From positions 2,531-66,530 of the forward strand of contig JAKSIQ010000007.1 in NCBI GenBank assembly GCA_024398755.1: a stretch of 64,000 bases of DNA. The letters are read 5' to 3'. Below the pieces are notes generated by a model. It had not been told where the DNA came from. It was given only the letters and a program-made list of their open reading frames with translations, and ran no database searches. The stretch comes from Bacteroidaceae bacterium (GTDB lineage: Bacteria > Bacteroidota > Bacteroidia > Bacteroidales > Bacteroidaceae). Below are positions 43,106 through 50,213 of the stretch, piece by piece. Both the position numbers and the translations under genes were made by a program. Position 1 is the stretch's first letter. Every line of letters begins with the position of its first letter.

Positions 43106-43113
43106 CATATTTG
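43106..43113 (+). promoter_or_regulatory. Near-consensus -7 box CATATTTG, copy L
   Basis: One mismatch to TAnnTTTG. It lies inside the longest identical run shared by the two arms, 68 nt upstream of the ATG at 43181. Confidence 0.35.
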
Positions 43114-43180
43114 CGAACACCGCGAAAGAAAGAGAGCGGCGGACAAAACGGAATAACAAAAACAATTAAAAATAAGAATT

Positions 43181-43534
43181 ATGAAAAAGAACATCATCGC
43201 AGCAGCATTGGTAGCAGTTTTCGCAGTAGCTAACGTAAACGCACAGAACTTCGAGTCAGAGGAACCGCAGGCAGAAGTAACAAGTATTGAAACCATAGTC
43301 AGTCAGCTGAATGAAGAAGATGCACAGAGCTTCATCACAATGTACCAGAGAATGATGAAACAGATTGAATGCATCTGCGCACAGAAACTGAGTGACGGGG
43401 AAAAAGCCGGCAGCATAGAAGACATCAAGGATTTCTACTATGAAATGTTCAGCAACATTCTTGTGACAGAGCAGAACGATGCCGCCATGAAGAGCGTATC
43501 ACTTGAATACATTTACAACCGCATTGCAAAGTAA
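43181..43534 (+). CDS. Small secreted protein, paralog A (117 aa, unrecognised family)
   Basis: Signal peptide MKKNIIAAALVAVFAVANVNA|QN. The acidic, probably helical mature part contains DAQSF, MYQ, FSNILVTEQN and EYI..RIAK, all shared with paralog B. Confidence 0.65.
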   Translation: MKKNIIAAALVAVFAVANVNAQNFESEEPQAEVTSIETIVSQLNEEDAQSFITMYQRMMKQIECICAQKLSDGEKAGSIEDIKDFYYEMFSNILVTEQNDAAMKSVSLEYIYNRIAK

Positions 43535-43566
43535 AACCTGTTAAAACAGGGCCTGAGAAATCGGAC

Positions 43567-43605
43567 AGAAGGCTGGTCGCAAGACCGGCCTTCTCGTTTT
43601 TTTTT
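43567..43605 (+). terminator. Rho-independent terminator after paralog A
   Basis: AGAAGGCTGGTC-GCAA-GACCGGCCTTCT forms a 12-bp stem with one G-U pair and a GNRA-type loop, followed by CG and T9. Confidence 0.7.
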
Positions 43606-43607
43606 CA

Positions 43608-43615
43608 TATTTTTG
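43608..43615 (+). promoter_or_regulatory. Candidate -7 box TATTTTTG for the GH31 gene
   Basis: Exact TAnnTTTG, 27 nt upstream of the ATG at 43642 and directly after the terminator. Confidence 0.4.
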
Positions 43616-43641
43616 CAGTAGTTGATACAATAATTATCTGA

Positions 43642-46068
43642 ATGGCTATGTTCAAATTTATCAATTACCGCATAATGGCGGCTGTAGCAATATGCTTGTG
43701 CCTGAATTCCTGTGCAAAAAAACAATACCCTGGCCCTGCCAACGGCATTTTTCACGACGGACTGGAGTTTGAAACCGTCCAGGGGCTGGTAACGGTCACA
43801 GCTCTGACCGACAACGCATTCCGCATAAGGTGCATACCAAAGGGCATCGAACTGCCCGAAATGCAGGAACTGATCTATACTGAAAAGATCGAAAAACCGA
43901 AAATCACTTTCATTGACGGATACCTGGCAGGGAGGTACGCCGGAAGATCAGGCGGCCGTCATCCGAAAGCCACCTTCAAAGGCGGAAACCTGAAACCGGG
44001 ACCCACAGACCGCTATGAGCTGGGTACGGAAAACGGGAGGGGCAAGGTCCTGATTGACGGAGTAACCGGCCTGATGACTTTCACGGATGCCGATGGCAAC
44101 ATTATTCTTGAAGAAGTTCCAGACAGCCGATGCATTACGGCGGGCAGGACCGGCAGTCTCAATTCGCTGTCGGTAAGCCAGGGCTTCAGGACCGATGCGG
44201 ACGAATTCATTACCGGTCTGGGGCAGTTCCAGGACGGTTATCTGAACAACCGCGGACTGACACGCCGCCTGACTCAGGTGAATACCCAAATTTCCATACC
44301 CATGATCATATCCAACAAAGGATATGGCATATTGTGGAACAACTATGGTCTGACCGATTACAATCCGAGCGACTTTACGGTCGAGCTGAAACAGGGCGGG
44401 GAAAGCGGACAGACGGTAACGGTTAATGCTACAGGCACATTGGGCAATGTTCGCGAACGCCGTTCGTTCAACGATTTCACGGGCGAATTTACTGTAAAGG
44501 AAGACGGGCAGTACTCCATTCTGCTGGATGTGGGCCAGGCCATGGCACGCAAGCAGTTCATGACCATTGACGGCGATACGGTATTCAACGTCAACAACAC
44601 CTGGCTCCCGCCAACGACATCGGCCATCGTCAGCCTTGAAAAAGGCACACATAAGGTAAGGGTGAGCGGTTCTCGCGGAGACAAGCCGACAGTCGGAGTG
44701 CGCAAGGTCACAGATCGGACCGTGTTCTCAAGCCCGGTTGCCACGGCACTGGACTACACAGTATTTCTGGGTACTCCCGACGAGATAATATCGGACTTCC
44801 GCACCCTGACAGGCCATGTGCCGGCCATGCCTGAGTGGGCTTTCGGCTACATTCACTGCCGCGAACGCTATGACAGCCAGACGGAACTGCTTGAAAACGC
44901 CACACGCTTCCGCACCGACAGCATTCCCGTTGACGTCATTGTACAGGACTGGCAGTGGTGGGGCAAGTACGGCTGGAACGCCATGCAGTTTGACGAGGAC
45001 AAATACCCGGACCCGAAGGCTATGACTGACAGCCTGCACGACATGGGCATAAAGCTGATGCTTTCAGTATGGTCCAAGATAGACAGGAACTGTCAGGTAG
45101 GAAGTGAAATGCTGGAAAAGGGATATTACATTGACGGGACCGACTGGATTGACTTTTTCAATCCCGATGCAGCGAACAAATACTGGCAGGAATTCAGCGC
45201 AAGACTGCTGCCGACCGGCATTGACGCATGGTGGCAGGATGCCACCGAGCCCGAAAACGATGACCTTTCAGGGCGTATGGTTACCGATCCGGTGACAGGC
45301 GGCATGATTCCCGGTGAGTTCTACCGCAACGCATACCCCAACATGGTAAACAAGACGGTATACGAAGGCCTGCGCAAGGACCAGCCGGACCGCGACCCCA
45401 TGATTCTTACCCGCAGCGGCTTTACAGGCATTCAGCGCTATGGTGCCGTCAACTGGTCAGGAGACGTCGGGAACGATTGGGAGACTCTGCGGCGCCAGAT
45501 TGCCGGAGGTCTGTCGCTGATGGCAACCGGCCAGCCATGGTGGACATTTGATGCAGGCGGATTCTTCCGTCCCGGCAACCAGTACACCGATGCCGACTAT
45601 CAGGAGCGCATGATCAGATGGATACAGACATCGGTCTTCCTGCCGTTCATGCGCGTCCACGGCTATATGAGCCAGACCGAGCCCTGGAGATACCCCGATG
45701 AGACCCGCCGCATATTCGAGAATCAGATAAGACTGCGCTACAAACTGCTTCCGTACATTCTTGAAAGCGCGAAAATGGTCACGGAGCAGGACTACACCAT
45801 GATGCGGCCGCTTGTCTTTGACTTCCCCCATGACAGTGAAGCGCTGAAACAGCAGACACAGTTCATGTTCGGCCCCAGTCTGATGGTATGCCCTGTAACG
45901 GAACCGGGTGTAAAGGAATGGAAAGTCTATCTGCCCAAGAGCGACAGGCTGTGGCATGAAATGAACACCGGTGCTACATACGACACCAGCACCGGGGGAA
46001 TGTATGTCTCAATACCGGTCACTTTGGAATATATCCCGGTCTTCAATACTACAAATGATGCAAGATAA
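43642..46068 (+). CDS. Glycoside hydrolase family 31 lipoprotein (alpha-glucosidase/alpha-xylosidase type)
   Basis: Lipobox LCLNSC. GH31-like motifs: DVIVQDWQWW, GIDAWWQDATEPE (nucleophile region), FLPFMRVHG. 808 aa. Confidence 0.8.
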   Translation: MAMFKFINYRIMAAVAICLCLNSCAKKQYPGPANGIFHDGLEFETVQGLVTVTALTDNAFRIRCIPKGIELPEMQELIYTEKIEKPKITFIDGYLAGRYAGRSGGRHPKATFKGGNLKPGPTDRYELGTENGRGKVLIDGVTGLMTFTDADGNIILEEVPDSRCITAGRTGSLNSLSVSQGFRTDADEFITGLGQFQDGYLNNRGLTRRLTQVNTQISIPMIISNKGYGILWNNYGLTDYNPSDFTVELKQGGESGQTVTVNATGTLGNVRERRSFNDFTGEFTVKEDGQYSILLDVGQAMARKQFMTIDGDTVFNVNNTWLPPTTSAIVSLEKGTHKVRVSGSRGDKPTVGVRKVTDRTVFSSPVATALDYTVFLGTPDEIISDFRTLTGHVPAMPEWAFGYIHCRERYDSQTELLENATRFRTDSIPVDVIVQDWQWWGKYGWNAMQFDEDKYPDPKAMTDSLHDMGIKLMLSVWSKIDRNCQVGSEMLEKGYYIDGTDWIDFFNPDAANKYWQEFSARLLPTGIDAWWQDATEPENDDLSGRMVTDPVTGGMIPGEFYRNAYPNMVNKTVYEGLRKDQPDRDPMILTRSGFTGIQRYGAVNWSGDVGNDWETLRRQIAGGLSLMATGQPWWTFDAGGFFRPGNQYTDADYQERMIRWIQTSVFLPFMRVHGYMSQTEPWRYPDETRRIFENQIRLRYKLLPYILESAKMVTEQDYTMMRPLVFDFPHDSEALKQQTQFMFGPSLMVCPVTEPGVKEWKVYLPKSDRLWHEMNTGATYDTSTGGMYVSIPVTLEYIPVFNTTNDAR

Positions 46069-46555
46069 CAATAACGAACTGTTGTCGGAGGTTGATGAAA
46101 ACGGCAATGTGATTGGCTGTATTACCAGGGGCGAGGCCCATGACGGATGCAAGAAGCTGCATCCGGTGATACACCTGCACGTATTCAATTCAAAAGGAGA
46201 ACTGTATCTGCAGCATCGTCCCAAATGGAAGCTCATACAGCCGGACCGATGGGATACCGCATGCGGCGGTCATGTGGCCTACGGAGAAAGCATTGGCCAG
46301 GCATTTGAACGTGAAGTTTCCGAGGAACTGGGCATCAGCGTTGCCAATGCCGAACCGCTTGGAGCATACGTTTTTGAAAGCGCCCGTGAACGCGAACTGG
46401 TCAACGTGTTCAAGGCAGTCTATGACGGACCCATCAACCCGGACAAGGATGAACTGGACGGCGGCCGGTTCTGGACGCGCACCGAAATTCTTGACTCAAT
46501 GGGGAAAGGAACGCTTACTCCCAACTTCGAATCGGAATACCGCCGCTTCTTCTGA
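46055..46555 (+). CDS. Nudix hydrolase (IDI-like subfamily possible)
   Basis: Start at MMQDNNNELL, overlapping the GH31 3' end by 14 nt. Nudix box GGHVAYGESIGQAFEREVSEELGI. Confidence 0.8.
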   Translation: MMQDNNNELLSEVDENGNVIGCITRGEAHDGCKKLHPVIHLHVFNSKGELYLQHRPKWKLIQPDRWDTACGGHVAYGESIGQAFEREVSEELGISVANAEPLGAYVFESARERELVNVFKAVYDGPINPDKDELDGGRFWTRTEILDSMGKGTLTPNFESEYRRFF

Positions 46556-46611
46556 GCCGGACCGTTCAGCTAACCGGACTTTTCCTCGAACCAGGCTTTG
46601 CAGGTAGAATC

Positions 46612-47073
46612 TTACCAGGAAAGCATTATGCGGAATGACATGCGGTCAGGAATGCCTCCGGCAAAATCGCTGTCGGTGACATATACCGTCAGACCTCCGT
46701 CCCAATATTCGCAATCAATGGTGCTGGTCCACCTGTCACCCTGTTCGTTCTCGTAATGGCGGACGCATGGCAGGGTCATCTGAGAATCACGGCCTGTGTA
46801 CAGATAGCAGTTTATCTGACCCCAGTTTAGAACGTTGCAGGTGATTTTCGGAATTCTGACATCGGCCTTGTAATATGTATTCAAACCATGACTGTCAGAA
46901 ACCTTTGTCCAATGGTCGATGTAGAATTCGCCGCTGTACATATTGACTTCTTCCGCAATCTCGCTGCGTAAAGTGCGTGTGTCATTATCGCATGACATCA
47001 GTCCGAATGTCATGAATGCAATCGCAACCGTTGTAATGATCTTTGTTTTCATAAGCTTTGATTTATTTTTCAT
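46612..47073 (-). CDS. Hypothetical small lipoprotein
   Basis: MKTKIITTVAIAFMTFGLMSC lipobox. Beta-rich and Cys/Trp-containing. No family recognised. The start could be 47073 or 47052. Confidence 0.5.
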   Translation of the reverse strand: MKNKSKLMKTKIITTVAIAFMTFGLMSCDNDTRTLRSEIAEEVNMYSGEFYIDHWTKVSDSHGLNTYYKADVRIPKITCNVLNWGQINCYLYTGRDSQMTLPCVRHYENEQGDRWTSTIDCEYWDGGLTVYVTDSDFAGGIPDRMSFRIMLSW

Positions 47074-47292
47074 GACAAAGATTGCAGTGGAAATTTACCC
47101 GCAAAAGGGAAATTTCCTAAAGTCTTCGGGGAAATATCCTACAAAACGCAGTGAAGGCCGTTATCACAACGGCCTCCACTTACAATAATCAAAAATCCAA
47201 TTTAATGCCGGCCATTGAACCCGGCCGGAAGGTTTGGCGCCGTTTTACGGCTGGCGCCCGCCGTTCCTATTTATAACTCTTTCTAAAAAAAC

Positions 47293-47646
47293 TTACTTTG
47301 CAATACGACCGTTGATGTATTCCATTGAAATGCTGTTCATAGCAACTTCGTTCTGTTCTGTTACCAGAATGTTGCTGAACTTTTCAGAATATTCATCCTT
47401 TATGTTTTCAATCTTTGCGGTCTTCTGATCCTCGCTGATTTCCTTTGAGCATACAGCCTGGATTTCGTTGAGAAGTTTCTGATACATAGGCAGGAAGCTC
47501 TGTGCGTCGTCCTGGCTGAGTTCGGCAACTACCTGCTGAATGCTGTTGATTTCATTCTGAGTCTCTTCAACTGCCACGTTCTGTGCGTTTACGTTGGCTA
47601 CTGCGAAAACTGCTACCAATGCTGCTGCGAAAATGTTCTTTTTCAT
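47293..47646 (-). CDS. Small secreted protein, paralog B (117 aa)
   Basis: Start moved to M27 of the ORF (MKKNIFAAALVAVFAVANVNA|QN). Same length as paralog A and collinear with it. Confidence 0.65.
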   Translation of the reverse strand: MKKNIFAAALVAVFAVANVNAQNVAVEETQNEINSIQQVVAELSQDDAQSFLPMYQKLLNEIQAVCSKEISEDQKTAKIENIKDEYSEKFSNILVTEQNEVAMNSISMEYINGRIAK

Positions 47647-47710
47647 AATTCTTATTTTTTTGTTTTTACTTTTCTGTTTTGTTGTTTGCCGCTCTCTTTC
47701 GCGGTGTTCG

Positions 47711-47718
47711 CAAATATG
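47711..47718 (-). promoter_or_regulatory. Near-consensus -7 box CATATTTG, copy R
   Basis: Same sequence and context as 43106-43113. Confidence 0.35.
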
Positions 47719-47733
47719 ATGCACGAAACGGAA

Positions 47734-47778
47734 AAATGTTAAGTCATAAAGTTAATTATTTGGCATACATTAACATTT
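47734..47778 (-). promoter_or_regulatory. Conserved inverted repeat AAATGTTAA-N27-TTAACATTT, copy R
   Basis: Identical arms and spacing to copy L. The spacer sequence differs at several positions. Confidence 0.4.
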
Positions 47779-47958
47779 ATATTAACCATTTAGCATGCGA
47801 TAAATATACTACATAATGTTTATATACAGGTATTTAATTGTGATTTATATTATAAACATGCAATATTTATGCTATCGTTTTTAGCAAGTACGCAGGATAG
47901 GGATGCAACACATCAAAAAATACTGTAGGTACAATTTGGAAAACTTGTAATGCACTTC

Positions 47959-47966
47959 TACTTTTG
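47959..47966 (+). promoter_or_regulatory. Candidate -7 box TACTTTTG for the helicase gene
   Basis: Exact TAnnTTTG, 39 nt upstream of the ATG at 48005. Confidence 0.4.
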
Positions 47967-48004
47967 TAACAAAGAACGCATAACACCAAATACAGATTCT
48001 ATCC

Positions 48005-50191
48005 ATGGAAAGCAATTATCAGACAGAGCTGGCCCGCGGCTACATTAACCGGACAAATGTGTCGGTCTTTCTTACCGGCAAGGCGGGAACCGGCAAAACC
48101 ACGTTTCTCAAGAGCATAGTTGAAACCACTCCAAAGCGTTGCGTTGTGCTGGCGCCTACGGGTGTCGCTGCGGTGAATGCCGGAGGCCAGACCATACACT
48201 CCTTTTTCCAGCTGCCTTTGTGCCCGTATCTGCCGGACTGCAAGGAGCTGGTCACCGAATACCAGCTGCCGGAATCACATCGCCAGCTCAAGAAAGAGCG
48301 CATCAATATAATAAGGACGCTGGACCTTCTTATAATTGACGAAATATCGATGGTCCGGGCCGATCTGCTTGATGCGGTTGACAACACCCTGCGCCGTTAC
48401 CGCCGCTCCACCCTTCCGTTCGGCGGAGTACAGCTGCTGATGATAGGCGACGTCCAGCAGCTGCCGCCGGTAGTCAAGGAATCGGAGCGCCCCTATCTGG
48501 AACAGGTGTATCCGTCGGCCTTCTTCTTCAGCGCCAAGGTAATGCAGCGCCTGCGCTATGTCACAATACAGCTTACCCATGTGTTCCGCCAGTCCGATGC
48601 GCAGTTCCTTGACATACTGAACGCAATACGTGACGGCAACATAACGGACGGTATGCTTGAACACTTGAACAGCCGCGTCGATTCATCGTTCCGTCCGGAA
48701 AAACGCAAGGGCGGGCAGTGGATACGCCTGACCACCCATAACATGCAGGCCGATGCCGAGAACCTGCGCAATCTGGAGCGGCTGAAGGGCCGCATCGAAT
48801 ATTACGACTGTGATATTGAGGGCAACTTTCCGCAGTCGGCATATCCGGCCGATGAAAGCCTGGGCCTGAAAGTGGGTGCGCAGGTCATGTTCGTGCGCAA
48901 TGACAGCCGTTACGGACAGTATTACAATGGAAAGATCGGTATTGTCGATGAACTTGACGATGACCACATCATGGTCAGAGACCAGGACGGAGGCCTGATA
49001 GCCGTAGAACGCGAAACCTGGGAGAACACCCGTTACGAGCTGGACAGTGAAAGCGGCGAAATCCGTGCCGTGACCGATGGCAAATTCACCCAGTTCCCGC
49101 TGCGTCTGGCCTGGGCTGTGACTGTGCACAAGAGCCAGGGCCTGACTTTTGACCATGTGGTGATAGATGTGGCTCAGGCCTTTACCTACGGTCAGGTCTA
49201 TGTGGCGCTTTCCCGCTGTCGCACTCTTGATGGCATAGTGCTGATATCGCCCATCAGAAGCCAGAACCTGTTCGCCATGGGCCGTACCATGAGCGACTTC
49301 TGCAACTCGTTCCCGGATGAGGAAACCGTTCAGAAGAGCCTCGGCCCCTGCCAGACCGGATATTATTTCGACACGCTGTTCTGCCTGTTTGATTTCTCCG
49401 GCATGGTGCGCCTTTACAGCTGGGCATACGGAATATTTGCGAAGGAACTCAAGGCGCTGTATCCGGCGCAGACGGACACGATGCTCAAGCTGTATGACCG
49501 GTGCAACGAACTTGAAGTCGTGGCATCGAAATTCCGCCATCAGCTGCAGCAGATCCAGGCCGTCACCTGCGGTGACACTTCCAGCCCGCAGCTGAAAGAG
49601 CGCATAAACAGTGCTGTGGGCTATTTCCTGCCCGCTTTGCAGGACATGTCGGCCCAAACCGCCAATATGCTTGCGGTCGATGTTGACAACAAGGAGGTCC
49701 GCAAGAGTCTGGCCGATGCCTCATCGGAACTGCTTCTGGCGTTGGGTCAGACCGTGCAGTGCATGCTCTCGGTGCAGAAGGACGGGTTCAGCGTTGATGA
49801 GTTCAACCGCATTCGCACCAGGGCACTTCTGAACCAGGCAGACAACGCAACTGAATCAGGCAGGAAAACCACTAATTCAGGGAAAAACAGTTCAGGGAAA
49901 GCCGTTTCAGGTAAATCATTACGGCAGCCGGCAAAGCCATCGGCCTCGGAAATTTACGGTGACATCGGCCATCCGGAACTTGTACAGCCGCTTGTGGCAT
50001 GGCGTCGCGAAAAGTACATCGATCTTGGAGTGCCGGCCTACGTGGTGCTGTCGCAGAAAGCTCTTCTTGGCATTGCCGATGCCTGTCCCGAAACGAAGTC
50101 GGAACTGCTGGCCGTAAAGGGTTTCGGCAAAGTCAAATGGGAACTGTACGGCCAGGAGATTCTTGACCTTGTGGCCCGCAACAGAGAGTAA
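48005..50191 (+). CDS. PIF1/RecD-like SF1B DNA helicase with C-terminal HRDC domain
   Basis: Walker A GKAGTGKTT, Walker B LIIDEISMV, QLPPV, and AVTVHKSQGLTFDHV. HRDC-like end: LVAWRREKYIDLGVPAYVVLSQKALLGIA...LLAVKGFG. Confidence 0.8.
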   Translation: MESNYQTELARGYINRTNVSVFLTGKAGTGKTTFLKSIVETTPKRCVVLAPTGVAAVNAGGQTIHSFFQLPLCPYLPDCKELVTEYQLPESHRQLKKERINIIRTLDLLIIDEISMVRADLLDAVDNTLRRYRRSTLPFGGVQLLMIGDVQQLPPVVKESERPYLEQVYPSAFFFSAKVMQRLRYVTIQLTHVFRQSDAQFLDILNAIRDGNITDGMLEHLNSRVDSSFRPEKRKGGQWIRLTTHNMQADAENLRNLERLKGRIEYYDCDIEGNFPQSAYPADESLGLKVGAQVMFVRNDSRYGQYYNGKIGIVDELDDDHIMVRDQDGGLIAVERETWENTRYELDSESGEIRAVTDGKFTQFPLRLAWAVTVHKSQGLTFDHVVIDVAQAFTYGQVYVALSRCRTLDGIVLISPIRSQNLFAMGRTMSDFCNSFPDEETVQKSLGPCQTGYYFDTLFCLFDFSGMVRLYSWAYGIFAKELKALYPAQTDTMLKLYDRCNELEVVASKFRHQLQQIQAVTCGDTSSPQLKERINSAVGYFLPALQDMSAQTANMLAVDVDNKEVRKSLADASSELLLALGQTVQCMLSVQKDGFSVDEFNRIRTRALLNQADNATESGRKTTNSGKNSSGKAVSGKSLRQPAKPSASEIYGDIGHPELVQPLVAWRREKYIDLGVPAYVVLSQKALLGIADACPETKSELLAVKGFGKVKWELYGQEILDLVARNRE

Positions 50192-50213
50192 TCCGAAGCA
50201 GACTTCAGTCAAA

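Larger units (their letters stand above)
42934..43534 (+). repeat. Inverted-duplication arm L (AT-rich leader plus small secreted protein gene)
   Basis: Aligns by eye to the reverse complement of 47293-47890. Identical runs include TGCATCATATTTGCGAACACCGCGAAAG and TCGCAGCAGCATTGGTAGCAGTTTTCGCAGTAGC. Confidence 0.85.
47293..47890 (-). repeat. Inverted-duplication arm R
   Basis: Its reverse complement aligns with 42934-43534. Homology ends at TACTTGCTAA on the outer side and at ATTGCAAAGTAA on the inner side. Confidence 0.85.

Noticed and set aside
42934-43180. Invertible-promoter (phase-variation) switch in the AT-rich leader
   Set aside because: The internal inverted repeat is only 9 bp. 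No site-specific recombinase gene is nearby, and the same orientation relative to the gene is present in both copies.
43948-44652. 234-aa minus-strand ORF inside GH31
   Set aside because: It is an antisense shadow. GH31 is a continuous 808-aa ORF with family motifs.
46055-46555. Calling the Nudix gene idi (type-1 IPP isomerase)
   Set aside because: Only a loose resemblance around WDTACGGH. The spacing differs from the NSVCGHP motif I remember and I cannot verify the other catalytic residues, so it is left as a generic Nudix.
48683-49657. 324-aa minus-strand ORF
   Set aside because: It is antisense to the PIF1-like helicase, whose motifs are intact on the + strand.
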